Source of the DNA: Deltaproteobacteria bacterium
GTDB lineage: Bacteria > SAR324 > NAC60-12
Reading direction: 5' to 3'
DNA length: 20,635 bases
Assembly: GCA_038150265.1 (NCBI GenBank)
Contig: JAYOTF010000046.1
Coordinates: 1 to 20,635, forward strand
Shown here piece after piece: positions 7,912 through 17,258 of this stretch. The position numbers were made by a program, and so were the translations under genes. The notes beneath the pieces were generated by a model. The model made no database searches. It was given only the letters and a program-made list of their open reading frames with translations, and was not told the DNA's origin. Numbering within the stretch: the first letter of the stretch is position 1; each line of letters opens with the position of its first letter.

Positions 7912-10900
7912 ATGCCCAAGCGCACTGACATCTCCTCCATTCTGCTCATTGGCTCCGGACCCATTGTGATTGGTCAGGCGTGCGAATTCGACTACAGCGG
8001 AACCCAGGCCTGCAAGGCCCTGAAGGAGGAAGGGTACCGGGTCATTCTGGTGAACAGCAACCCCGCCACGATCATGACCGATCCCGGACTGGTGGATGCC
8101 ACCTACATTGAACCCATCACGGTGGGAGCCCTCCGGTCCATCATCGAAAAGGAGCGCCCCGACGCCGTGCTCCCCACGATGGGCGGACAAACCGCCCTCA
8201 ATGCTGCGATTGCTCTGGATGAAGCCGGGGTGCTGGAGGAGTTTGGTGTGGAGCTCATTGGGGCCACCATTGAGGCGATCAACAAGGCCGAGAATCGGGA
8301 GCTCTTCCGGTCAGCCATGGAAAAAATCGGCATTGCCATGCCGGCCAGCCGCATCATCCACCACGTCTCCGAGGCGCTGCAGATGGCGGAAGAGACCGAC
8401 TTCCCGCTCATCATCCGCCCGTCCTTTACCCTCGGAGGCTCCGGAGGAGGGATTGCCTACAACACGCCGCAGCTCAAGAGCATTGTTGAGGCCGGACTGG
8501 CCGCCTCTCCCACTCAGGAGGTGCTGGTGGAGCAGTCCATTCTGGGCTGGAAGGAGTATGAGCTCGAGGTCATGCGAGACCGCAAGGACAACGTGGTGAT
8601 CGTGTGCTCCATCGAAAACCTGGACCCCATGGGCGTTCACACCGGCGACAGCATCACGGTGGCGCCGTCTCAGACGTTGACGGATCAGGAGTATCAGCAC
8701 CTCCGGGACCTCTCGCTGGCCGTGATGCGCGAGATCGGGGTGGACACCGGCGGCTCCAACGTCCAGTTTGCCGTCAATCCGGCTGATGGTCAGGTGATGA
8801 TCATTGAAATGAACCCCCGGGTGTCACGAAGCTCGGCGCTGGCGTCCAAGGCCACGGGTTTCCCGATTGCAAAGATTGCCGCCAAGCTGGCTGTGGGCTA
8901 CACCCTGGATGAGATTCCCAACGACATCACGCGCAAGACCCCGGCGTGCTTTGAGCCCTCCATTGACTACGTGGTCACCAAGATCCCCCGCTTCACCTTC
9001 GAAAAGTTTCCGCTCACCCAGGACCTGCTGGGAACCCAGATGCAGTCGGTCGGAGAGGTGATGGCCATTGGCCGAACCTTCCGGGAGTCCTTCCAGAAGG
9101 CCCTCCGGTCATTGGAAGTCGGAAGCGCCGGACTGGATGAGCCCAAGCTCGAAGCCACCGATGACCTGGAGGCGCTCTTTCAGGAGAAGCTCCAGCAGCC
9201 CAGCAGCCAGCGCCTGTGGTATGTGGCCGAGGCGATGCGGCAGGGCTGGACCAATGAGCGGCTCTTTGAGCTGACCTTCATTGACCCCTGGTTCCTGGCG
9301 CAGCTGCGGGCCTTGATTGATGAAGAGAAGCAGATTGCTGCCCAAGCGTGGACCGATGTCAACCCCGTCCTGCTCCGGAACTGGAAGCAAGCGGGCTTCT
9401 CGGACCAGCGCCTCAGCCGCCTCCTCGGTGTCACGGAGCGTGAGGTCACCGGACACCGCCGACAGTGGGGGGTGCTCCCGGTCTTCAAGCAGGTGGACAC
9501 CTGTGCGGCGGAGTTTCCCTCTGAAACACCATATTTCTATTCAACGTACGAGGAAGAGAACGAGTCGCTGCCCACGGATGCGCCGAAGGTGATGATCCTC
9601 GGAAGCGGTCCCAATCGCATTGGGCAGGGGATTGAGTTCGACTACTGCTGCGTCCATGCTGCCTTTGCCGCCCAGGATTTGGGCTACGAGGCGATCATGG
9701 TCAACTGCAACCCGGAAACCGTCAGCACCGACTACGACACCTCCGACCGCCTTTACTTTGAGCCGATCACCTTTGAGGACGTCATGCACATCATTGAGCT
9801 GGAGCGTCCGCTGGGAGTGATTGTGCAGCTTGGCGGGCAGACCCCCTTGAAGCTGGCGAAGCCCCTGCATGAAGCCGGGGTCCGCCTGCTGGGCACCCCC
9901 TTTGACAGCATTGACCGTGCAGAAGACCGGGAGCGCTTTGCCGAACTGCTGGCCAAGCTGGGACTGAAGCAGCCTCAGAACGGCATGGCACGTTCCTTGA
10001 CCGAGGCCCGGGCCATTGGAGAGTCCATCGGCTACCCCATTCTGGTGCGTCCCTCGTACGTCCTGGGGGGGCGGGCGATGATGATTGTGCAGTCGGAGTC
10101 GCAGCTGGAGGAGTTCTTTGAAGAAGCCGCCCGCGTCTCTCCGGAACATCCGGTGCTCATTGATGACTTCCTTGAGGAAGCGGTTGAGGTCGATGTGGAC
10201 GTGCTGGCCGACGGACAGCATGCGGAAATCGGAGGCATCATGGAGCACATTGAGCGCGCAGGCATTCACTCCGGAGACAGCGCCTGCTCCCTGCCTCCTC
10301 ATGGCCTGAAGGCTGCCGTGGTGGCGGAAATCGAGAAGCAGGCCAAGGCCCTGGCACTGGAGCTAAAGGTCAAGGGGCTGATGAACGTCCAGTTTGCCGT
10401 CAAGGATGAGGACGTCTATGTCATTGAGGTGAACCCCCGGGCGTCTCGGACCGTGCCCTTTGTCAGCAAATCCGTTGGCAAGCCCCTGGCGAAGTACGCG
10501 ACGCAGCTCATGCTGGGCGCCACCATGGACACGCTCGGGTATGAGTACGAGACACCGGAGCTGTTCTCCGTCAAGGAAACCGTCTTCCCCTTTGCCCGGT
10601 TTGCCGGCTCCGACACTGAGCTGGGGCCGGAAATGAAATCAACCGGTGAGGTGATGGGACGCGGAGAAACGTTTGAGGAAGCGTTTGTGAAGGCCCAGGT
10701 GGCGGTCTACAACCCGAAGCTGCTGGAGAAGCACTACGCCTTCATTGGAGTGACCGATGCCGACAAGCCGAAGATGGTTCCGGTGGCCGAGGCGCTGGTG
10801 GAGGCCGGGTACCAGATCCTGGCAACGGAAGGGACGGCCCAGGTGCTGGAGCAAGCCGGGGTGCCTGTGGTCCGGACGAACCTGGATCCGGAGTCTTCAG

Positions 10901-11124
10901 AGAGCGTTCATGCCCGGATCCATGCGGGAGAGGTGGGGATGATCATCAACACGACGGCACCGCGCAAGCGCTCCGTGGACCCGAGCCACATCCGACGGGT
11001 GGCCCTGCTTTACAACCTGCCCTACTACACCACTGCGGAAGGCGCCCTCCAGTACGCTCGGTCCCTGGCCCAGTATGGGCGTTATGAAACCTTCCACTAC
11101 TACCCGCTGAAGGTCAACGCCTGA
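7912..11124 (+). CDS. carB: Carbamoyl-phosphate synthase large subunit
   Basis: [34 protein letters not shown] start, two ATP-grasp halves ([30 protein letters not shown]), C-terminal MGS-like domain, 1070 aa. Confidence 0.99.
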   Translation: MPKRTDISSILLIGSGPIVIGQACEFDYSGTQACKALKEEGYRVILVNSNPATIMTDPGLVDATYIEPITVGALRSIIEKERPDAVLPTMGGQTALNAAIALDEAGVLEEFGVELIGATIEAINKAENRELFRSAMEKIGIAMPASRIIHHVSEALQMAEETDFPLIIRPSFTLGGSGGGIAYNTPQLKSIVEAGLAASPTQEVLVEQSILGWKEYELEVMRDRKDNVVIVCSIENLDPMGVHTGDSITVAPSQTLTDQEYQHLRDLSLAVMREIGVDTGGSNVQFAVNPADGQVMIIEMNPRVSRSSALASKATGFPIAKIAAKLAVGYTLDEIPNDITRKTPACFEPSIDYVVTKIPRFTFEKFPLTQDLLGTQMQSVGEVMAIGRTFRESFQKALRSLEVGSAGLDEPKLEATDDLEALFQEKLQQPSSQRLWYVAEAMRQGWTNERLFELTFIDPWFLAQLRALIDEEKQIAAQAWTDVNPVLLRNWKQAGFSDQRLSRLLGVTEREVTGHRRQWGVLPVFKQVDTCAAEFPSETPYFYSTYEEENESLPTDAPKVMILGSGPNRIGQGIEFDYCCVHAAFAAQDLGYEAIMVNCNPETVSTDYDTSDRLYFEPITFEDVMHIIELERPLGVIVQLGGQTPLKLAKPLHEAGVRLLGTPFDSIDRAEDRERFAELLAKLGLKQPQNGMARSLTEARAIGESIGYPILVRPSYVLGGRAMMIVQSESQLEEFFEEAARVSPEHPVLIDDFLEEAVEVDVDVLADGQHAEIGGIMEHIERAGIHSGDSACSLPPHGLKAAVVAEIEKQAKALALELKVKGLMNVQFAVKDEDVYVIEVNPRASRTVPFVSKSVGKPLAKYATQLMLGATMDTLGYEYETPELFSVKETVFPFARFAGSDTELGPEMKSTGEVMGRGETFEEAFVKAQVAVYNPKLLEKHYAFIGVTDADKPKMVPVAEALVEAGYQILATEGTAQVLEQAGVPVVRTNLDPESSESVHARIHAGEVGMIINTTAPRKRSVDPSHIRRVALLYNLPYYTTAEGALQYARSLAQYGRYETFHYYPLKVNA

Positions 11125-11128
11125 CGCT

Positions 11129-12322
11129 TCAGGCCGCCCGGAGCTGTCGCCCGTGCTGGACACGGGACAGCTGCCGAACCAGGCGCCGGAGGCTGTTGAG
11201 GTTGTGAGCAGAGGCAAAGATGTCAATGAAGGGCAACGCGGCCTGCATGCCTCGGGTGGAAGGCTGATACTCCGGATTGCCCATCAGCGGGTTGAGCCAG
11301 ATGACGCTTCGGGAGCGTTGCTTGATGACCCGCATGCTGTCTGCCAGCAGCTCCACCTCTCCCGTGTCCCATCCGTCACTGACGATGAGGACAATGGTCC
11401 CCGGATCCAGCAACGCCAGCCCATGCTGCTCGACAAACTCGGTCAGCGACCCTCCGATCTTTGTCCCCCCTGACCAATCGGGAACCGTGTCCTCAAGCTC
11501 CTGAAGGGCCTCCTCGAGTTCCTCCGCCTGCAGGGTCTCGGTCACCCGGTGCAGCGAGGTGCTGAAGACGAAGGTCTCAATGCGCTTGTACACGCTCTGG
11601 AAGGCATAGATGAACTGAATCAGAAACCGGCTGTAGAGGTCCATGGACTTGCTGACGTCACAGAGCAGGACGAGCTTGAGCTTCTGCCGGCGCCGTTGCC
11701 GGTGGGCGAGGTCGAGGATGTCTCCTCCGCGTCGCAGGGAGCTGCGCATGGTCCGGCGGAGGTCCAGCCGTCCTCGGCGGTTGGACTGCATGGTCCGGCG
11801 GCTGAACTTGACCGCCAGGGACTTGCCGATTTCATTGATCAACCGGGCCACCTCCTCCAGGTCCTCTCCGGCAAAGCCACTGAAGTCGCGCTCAGTGGTC
11901 ACCTCAAACGGGCTGTAGCCTGCGGCTTCTTGCTCATCCGAGGCTTCATCCTTGTGGTTGAGCCAGTCGTTGATGCTGATGTAGCGTTGCTTCCGGGGCC
12001 GCTCGTCAATGACATTCTGCGGCACCTCCGTCTCCTTTTCGTCTCGGTAGCTGAGCTGATCGGCGTGGTCCCAGACGTACCAGAACTTGCGGTAGTGCTC
12101 ATCGAAGATTTCCTGCTCGCGCTGACTCTTGGCCAGGGTGGTCCGGAGGGTCCAGTAAAAGTCTTCCTCGCTCTTCAGGTCAATGGCGTCCAGCGCCCGC
12201 AGGGCGTCCATCTGATCGCCGGGTCCGGGGCCGGCTCCATGCTTGCGCAACCAGCGGCAGAAGCCGACGACGTTGGCGCTGAACTCCCGCCGCAGCGCCA
12301 GGTCTTCAAAAAGGTACGACAT
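11129..12322 (-). CDS. coxE: CoxE-family VWA domain protein (copy 2)
   Basis: MIDAS DVSKS, ETFVFSTSL, WSGGTKIG, IVSDGWDTG, WLNPL and AHNLNSL are CoxE (VWA_CoxE) hallmarks. The start is moved to ATG 12322, 16 bp after the coxD2 stop. Confidence 0.9.
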   Translation of the reverse strand: MSYLFEDLALRREFSANVVGFCRWLRKHGAGPGPGDQMDALRALDAIDLKSEEDFYWTLRTTLAKSQREQEIFDEHYRKFWYVWDHADQLSYRDEKETEVPQNVIDERPRKQRYISINDWLNHKDEASDEQEAAGYSPFEVTTERDFSGFAGEDLEEVARLINEIGKSLAVKFSRRTMQSNRRGRLDLRRTMRSSLRRGGDILDLAHRQRRRQKLKLVLLCDVSKSMDLYSRFLIQFIYAFQSVYKRIETFVFSTSLHRVTETLQAEELEEALQELEDTVPDWSGGTKIGGSLTEFVEQHGLALLDPGTIVLIVSDGWDTGEVELLADSMRVIKQRSRSVIWLNPLMGNPEYQPSTRGMQAALPFIDIFASAHNLNSLRRLVRQLSRVQHGRQLRAA

Positions 12323-12338
12323 AGACGAATGTGGAGGC

Positions 12339-13250
12339 TCAGTCTTCAACCGTGGGGATTTCCTTGGCGTGGACGCCCACGCGTTCGAGGAAGCTGGCAA
12401 GGGATTCCTTCACCTGCCGGACGTCGTTGCGATCCTTGAAGACGAGGCCGAGGGTCTCTTCCACAATTTCCGGATCCAGGTGATCCTGGTGCAGAGCGGC
12501 CAGGGCCTTGGCCCAGTCCAGGGTTTCGGCCACACCTGGAGTCTTCTCCAGCTTCTGCTCCCGCATCAGCTCCATGAACTGGCACAGCTGCGATGCCAGG
12601 TTGCTGTCCACCTCCGGGACCTTGTTCTTCACAATCGCCAGCTCCTTGTCATACTCCGGGTAGTCAATCCAGAGGTAGAAGCAGCGGCGCCGGACGGCAT
12701 CAGACAGCTCCCGGGTCCGGTTGCCGGTGAGGATGACATAGGGGGGCTCCTCCGCCTTGATGCTCCCAATCTCCGGAATGGTGATCTGCCACTCGGAGAG
12801 GATTTCCAGCAGGAAGGCCTCAAACTCCTCATCAGCCCGGTCGAGCTCGTCAATCAGCAGCACCGGAGGCTGGGGGTGCGTCAGGGCCTGCAGCAGCGGA
12901 CGCTTGAGGAGGAACTGCTCGCCAAAAATCGTTGCCTCGCGCTCTTCCAGAGTCTGGGTGCTGTTTTCATCCATCTTCAGGTGCAGCAGCTGCCGCTGGT
13001 AGTTCCACTCATAGAGCGCCATGTTCGCATCCAGTCCCTCGTAGCACTGAAGTCGGATGAGGTCCGTGTCCAGCGCCCGGGCCATGACCTTGGCAATCTC
13101 GGTCTTTCCCACCCCGGCAGGGCCTTCAATGAGCAGGGGCTTGTGCAGGGTCATGGCGAGGTAAACCGACATGACGATGCTGCGGTCAGCAATGTAGTCC
13201 TGCTCTTCCAGAAGGGTTTGGACGCGTTCCAGTTGACTGTTTTGAATCAT
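12339..13250 (-). CDS. coxD: CoxD-family MoxR AAA+ ATPase (copy 2)
   Basis: Walker A GPAGVGKT, RLQCYEG, YEWNYQRQLL, Walker B LLIDELDRADEEFEAFLLE, RRRC and PGVAETLDW. Confidence 0.92.
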   Translation of the reverse strand: MIQNSQLERVQTLLEEQDYIADRSIVMSVYLAMTLHKPLLIEGPAGVGKTEIAKVMARALDTDLIRLQCYEGLDANMALYEWNYQRQLLHLKMDENSTQTLEEREATIFGEQFLLKRPLLQALTHPQPPVLLIDELDRADEEFEAFLLEILSEWQITIPEIGSIKAEEPPYVILTGNRTRELSDAVRRRCFYLWIDYPEYDKELAIVKNKVPEVDSNLASQLCQFMELMREQKLEKTPGVAETLDWAKALAALHQDHLDPEIVEETLGLVFKDRNDVRQVKESLASFLERVGVHAKEIPTVED

Positions 13251-13684
13251 GAAGACGGCTCAGAAGAAGGTGCGTGGCGGAGGCATTCGTCAAGGGCGTT
13301 CCACGCAAGCGAGGCACACTTGACACGGCTCTTGTGCTGACGAATCTGCATCAAGGGGGGCAGAAAGTCCGGAGGCGGCTCCGGGAGGTCCCCCGATTCC
13401 ATGGCCGCCCGGAAGGTGGCGCTCAGGTGGGCGGCTTCTGCCAGGCTCCGGCCCTGGAGGGCCTCGCCCATCAGAGAGGCGGAGGCGACACACACGGAGC
13501 AGCCTCGGGCCTGGGTCCGGGCTTCCGCAATCTGGTCTCCCTGCAGGGCAATGGTCAGCTCCAGCTCGTCGCCACAGAGGGGGTTGTGGGCCGAGGCCTG
13601 GAGGTCGGCAGGGTCGACCTTTCCGGTAAAGCGGGGGTGCTTCATGTGCTCCTTGAGCACATCACGGTAGAGGGTGTCACTCAT
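13247..13684 (-). CDS. sufU: SufU-type sulfur acceptor / NifU-family protein
   Basis: NPLCGD...GCSVCVASAS...RVKCASLAW gives three conserved Cys plus Asp, with the SufU-type insertion and no LPPVK motif. ATGA overlaps with sufS upstream and coxD2 downstream. Confidence 0.9.
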   Translation of the reverse strand: MSDTLYRDVLKEHMKHPRFTGKVDPADLQASAHNPLCGDELELTIALQGDQIAEARTQARGCSVCVASASLMGEALQGRSLAEAAHLSATFRAAMESGDLPEPPPDFLPPLMQIRQHKSRVKCASLAWNALDECLRHAPSSEPSS

Positions 13685-14904
13685 GCAAAAACCTTTCGGA
13701 CGGCATCCAGGGCGTCAATGGCACCGTTGACCTCGTCCGGCGTGTTGTAGGCGCCGAAGCTCATCCGGACGGTTGCCGAGACGCCCAGGCGTTGGTGGAG
13801 GATCTGGGCGCAGTGGTGTCCTGCCCGGACGGCCACGCCAGACTCATCGAGGATCTGAGCAACGTCATGGGGGTGAATGCCGTCAAGGGTAAAGGACACG
13901 AGCCCGGAGCGCTTCTCTGGGGTCAGCGGGCCCACCACTGTGACGCCGGGCTCTTCCAGCAAGCGTCCCAACGCGAGGTCCGTCAGCGCCCGCTCATGCG
14001 CCTGAATTTCCGGAACTCCCACCGTCTCCACCCAGTCCAGCGCAGCCTGGAGGCCGGCGGCTTCAGCAATGGGAGGGGTTCCGGCTTCAAACCGGGCCGG
14101 GGCCTCGGCCCACGTGGAATGGGCCCGTCCGACTTTGGCGATCATGCCGCCTCCGCCCTGCCAGGGCTGCATTTCGTCGAGACGCTCCGCCTTGGCGTAG
14201 AGGACACCGATGCCGGTGGGACCATAGAGCTTGTGTCCGGAGAAGGCGAGGAAGTCACAGTCCAGCGCGGTGACATCCAGCGGCAGGCGTCCGACGGCCT
14301 GTGCGGCATCCAGGAGCACCGGGACGTCGTACTGGTGAGCAAGCGCAATGAGCTCCGGAAGGGGGTTGATGGTCCCAAGGACATTGGAAATGGCGGTCAG
14401 GGCCAGCAGCTGGGGACGGGTCCGGAGCTGGGCCTCCGCGTCTTCGAGGAGCAACTCTCCGGTGTCGCTGATCCGGAGGTAGTCCAGCGTGGCGCCTGCC
14501 TCCTGGGTCACAAGCTGCCAGGGCACCTGGTTGGAGTGATGCTCCATTTCGGTGAGCAGGATCCGGTCCCCGGGTTGCAAGCGCGGACGGGCCCAGGCCT
14601 GAGCGGCCAGGTTGATGGACTCCGTGGTGCCTCGGGTGAAGATCACCTGCTGCGATCGAGGGGCGTTGAGGAAGCGAGCCACGCGGTCTCGGGCCTGCTC
14701 GTAGGCGTCCGAGGCCTCTTCAGACAGGAGGTACACGCCCCGATGGATGTTGGCATTCCGCCCGGTCAGGAAGTCCGTCAGCGCGTCAATCACCACCTGC
14801 GGCTTTTGGGTGGTGGAGGCATTGTCCAGGTACACCAGGGGGTGCCCGTGAATGGAGCGCTGCAGGATGGGGAACTGGGCTCGAAGCTCGGCGAGGGTCA
14901 CCAT
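13681..14904 (-). CDS. sufS: SufS-type (group II) cysteine desulfurase
   Basis: YLDNASTTQKP, ANIHRG, EMEHHSN, DAAQ, PLP lysine in FSGHKLYGPTGIG, FEAGTP, and the catalytic RAGHHCA motif of group II enzymes. Confidence 0.95.
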   Translation of the reverse strand: MVTLAELRAQFPILQRSIHGHPLVYLDNASTTQKPQVVIDALTDFLTGRNANIHRGVYLLSEEASDAYEQARDRVARFLNAPRSQQVIFTRGTTESINLAAQAWARPRLQPGDRILLTEMEHHSNQVPWQLVTQEAGATLDYLRISDTGELLLEDAEAQLRTRPQLLALTAISNVLGTINPLPELIALAHQYDVPVLLDAAQAVGRLPLDVTALDCDFLAFSGHKLYGPTGIGVLYAKAERLDEMQPWQGGGGMIAKVGRAHSTWAEAPARFEAGTPPIAEAAGLQAALDWVETVGVPEIQAHERALTDLALGRLLEEPGVTVVGPLTPEKRSGLVSFTLDGIHPHDVAQILDESGVAVRAGHHCAQILHQRLGVSATVRMSFGAYNTPDEVNGAIDALDAVRKVFA

Positions 14905-14911
14905 CCGACTC

Positions 14912-15709
14912 CTAGATCCCGCATTGCTTCAGTTCCATCAGCGGTGTGCCGGATCCACCGCGGCGGAGTTTGACGATTTCGCTGATGATGCTGAGGGCGA
15001 TTTCCTCTGGGCTGGTGCCTCCGAGGTCGAGGCCACAGGGCGCGTGGACGCGCTTCAGCTGCGGATCGGAGACGCCTTCATCCCGGAGGTACTCAAAGAC
15101 GAGCCCCGAGCGCTTGGCGCTGGCGACCAGTCCAATGTAACGTCCATTGCCCTCAAGGGCCTTCTTGATGGAGTGCTGGTCTCCCTTGTGCTGGGTGACC
15201 ACGACCACGTAGGTGTTCGGACCCACCTCCATCTGCTGGAAGTCCGGGTCCGAGGTGATCAGCTTCTCAGCATGAGGGAAGTGCTCGCGGGTTGCCCCCG
15301 GATCATTGACGGTCACCCGAAAGTGCAGGGCATGGCCCAGCTCTCCGAGCATCTCGGCGATGCGTCCGTGTCCGACAATCATCAGCTCCGGACGGGGCAG
15401 GAAGGGCTCGACGTACACCTCCATGGTTCCGCCACAGGGCATGCCCACGCCCAGGACTTCATCATCCAGGTCAAGGGGCACAATCCGGGTCTCTCCATCC
15501 TTGAGGGCCTCCAGGGCTGCCTCCCGGACCGCACTTTCAGCGCACCCGCCCCCAACCCAGCCAAACAGGGTTTCCCCCTGAGCATCGACAATCGACTTGG
15601 ACCCCGGTTTGGCCGAGACCGAGCCCGTGATCTTGATCACGGTTGCTGTGGCAAAGGGGATTTCAGCGCGGGTCAGCTCGTTGATCTTCTCAAAGTATTC
15701 AGCGGACAT
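14912..15709 (-). CDS. xdhC: XdhC/CoxF/CoxI family molybdoenzyme maturation factor (copy 2)
   Basis: ATVIKITGSVSAKPG, GWVGGGCAE, GMPCGGTMEVYVEP, YIGLVAS, and APCGLDLGGTSPEEIALSIISEI. Confidence 0.9.
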   Translation of the reverse strand: MSAEYFEKINELTRAEIPFATATVIKITGSVSAKPGSKSIVDAQGETLFGWVGGGCAESAVREAALEALKDGETRIVPLDLDDEVLGVGMPCGGTMEVYVEPFLPRPELMIVGHGRIAEMLGELGHALHFRVTVNDPGATREHFPHAEKLITSDPDFQQMEVGPNTYVVVVTQHKGDQHSIKKALEGNGRYIGLVASAKRSGLVFEYLRDEGVSDPQLKRVHAPCGLDLGGTSPEEIALSIISEIVKLRRGGSGTPLMELKQCGI

Positions 15710-15768
15710 GGGAATTCCAGAGCATTCAGGAAGGGCGGGGTGCGTTGGGTTGCTGAAGGAAGCCGTCG

Positions 15769-16368
15769 CTAGAGCTGCGACCGGTACCGTTCGTATTCGT
15801 CCGGGGTGTCAATGTCGCGGAGCGTGTGATCGTTGGGCATCGGAACCAGCCGGACCCGATCGCGGTGCTGCTTGATGAGGCCGCGGCAGCCTTCCATCTT
15901 TTCATGCGCGAGGATTTCTTCTCGGAAGAAGGAAGAAAAGAGCACCGGATTTCCGGGCTGCTGCTCGTAGACCGGCCGGACGATCACCGGGGCCTCCTGA
16001 CGGTCCATCTGCTGAAAACGCCGGATCAGCTCAGTGTAGTCCGAGGCCTCAATAAAGGGCAAATCGGAAAGGCAGATCATCAGGCCATCAGCCTTGGGGT
16101 CAGCCGCTTGAACTCCCGTCCGGATGCTGGTCGTCATGCCCTGGACGTAGTCCGGGTTGTGGACGAGTCGGACGGACTGGCCGGCAAGCGCCTGCTGGAT
16201 GGCCTCCGGCTCGTGACCGGTGACCACAAGGAGCTCTTCAATCTCTGAAGCCAGCAGCTGCGCGGTGATGTGGGCAATGAAGCTCTGCCCCCGGAACGGC
16301 AGGAGGAGCTTGTTGGACTCCCCCATGCGCCGAGACTCACCGGCTGCCAGCAGCACGGCGCTGACCAT
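15769..16368 (-). CDS. mocA: Molybdenum cofactor cytidylyltransferase (MobA/MocA-like NTP transferase)
   Basis: LLAAGESRRMG..NKLLL, GMTTSI, LSDLPF, GNPVLF and DIDTPDEY. The context is a CODH cluster, and CODH uses the MCD cofactor. Confidence 0.85.
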   Translation of the reverse strand: MVSAVLLAAGESRRMGESNKLLLPFRGQSFIAHITAQLLASEIEELLVVTGHEPEAIQQALAGQSVRLVHNPDYVQGMTTSIRTGVQAADPKADGLMICLSDLPFIEASDYTELIRRFQQMDRQEAPVIVRPVYEQQPGNPVLFSSFFREEILAHEKMEGCRGLIKQHRDRVRLVPMPNDHTLRDIDTPDEYERYRSQL

Positions 16369-16371
16369 GGT

Positions 16372-17139
16372 TCACTTCTTCCCGGTGAACAGCCCCATCA
16401 GAGCCGAGCCGACCAGCTGGAGACCGTTAACGGGCTCCGGCTCTTCTGCGGTCAGCTGCGACTGCACCACCCGGACCTGAGACTCCAGGCGCTTCACACT
16501 GGCTTCGAGGGTGGCAATCCGAGCCTCGAGGGCGCTGGTGTCGGCACCTGAAGCAGCCGGTGCGGCCGCCGAATCGGAGGCGGCAGGAGCGGCACTGGTT
16601 GGGGTGGATGCTGAGGCCGTGGCAGAAGCCGAGGCCGTGGCAGCGGCCGGAGCCGGGGTGGCAGGAGCGGCTTCTTCAGCAGCTCCTCCGGATTCTGCCA
16701 TGTTCCGGAAGCTCTTGGCAAACTGGTCGAAGATCTTGTCGTTGACGGCGACAATCATCCGGGACCCGAACTGGGCGAGCTTTCCGGTGATGGAGAGCTT
16801 CATGCTGCTGCTGACCTCGGTGCCGTCTCCCTTCGGAGACAGCCGAACGGTCATGGTCAGGTTGGCGCTGCCCTTGCCGCCGGTATCGGCTCCAGCTCCC
16901 TGGAGGACCATTTCCTTGGCTTCCGGATCGAGCTTCTCAAACTTGGCATCGCCATTGAACTTGCTGGTCACCGGGCCAATCTTGACGCTGATCTTTCCCT
17001 TGAAATTGCTGTCATCCACAATTTCGGTCAGCTGTGCGCCGGGGACACAAACGACCACCCGAGACGGATCGCTCAGGAGCCCCCAGACGTCCTCAACCGG
17101 GGCATTGACTTCAAAAACCTTATCGGCAATCACTTCCAT
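16372..17139 (-). CDS. coxG: CoxG (SRPBCC domain) with Ala-rich linker, coiled coil and C-terminal amphipathic/hydrophobic tail
   Basis: VWGLLSDP..V..CVPGAQL, VKIGPV and GKLAQFGSRMI are CoxG motifs. RBS GAGGAG at 17147-17152. Confidence 0.9.
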   Translation of the reverse strand: MEVIADKVFEVNAPVEDVWGLLSDPSRVVVCVPGAQLTEIVDDSNFKGKISVKIGPVTSKFNGDAKFEKLDPEAKEMVLQGAGADTGGKGSANLTMTVRLSPKGDGTEVSSSMKLSITGKLAQFGSRMIVAVNDKIFDQFAKSFRNMAESGGAAEEAAPATPAPAAATASASATASASTPTSAAPAASDSAAAPAASGADTSALEARIATLEASVKRLESQVRVVQSQLTAEEPEPVNGLQLVGSALMGLFTGKK

Positions 17140-17185
17140 TTATTGACTCCTCATAAAGGGGGACAGGTGTAAAAATTTTTCAGAA

Positions 17186-17240
17186 CTTTCCTCAGAATAT
17201 CACAAATTCAAAAGGGATGCTTTCCGGATAATCTCACAAA
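17186..17240 (-). promoter_or_regulatory. Putative internal promoter for coxG...coxE2 with two 21-bp direct repeats
   Basis: AT-rich 119-bp gap. On the minus strand, TTTGTGAGATTATCCGGAAAG (17240-17220) and TTTGTGATATTCTGAGGAAAG (17206-17186) match at 17/21. The second contains an extended -10, TG-A-TATTCT. Confidence 0.55.
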
Positions 17241-17258
17241 ATGCCGGAATTGTTGAGA

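Noticed and set aside
11549..15772. Long plus-strand ORFs (296, 365, 393 and 306 aa) opposite coxE2, coxD2, sufS and xdhC2
   Set aside because: These are antisense shadow ORFs of well-supported genes, expected from GC-rich codon usage, and have no family motifs.
13681..16368. Selenium-dependent molybdenum hydroxylase system (SufS as selenocysteine lyase with XdhC/MocA)
   Set aside because: No selD, yqeB or yqeC is in the window and no in-frame TGA read-through is evident. The CoxL/CoxDEG context points to a sulfur-bridged CODH.
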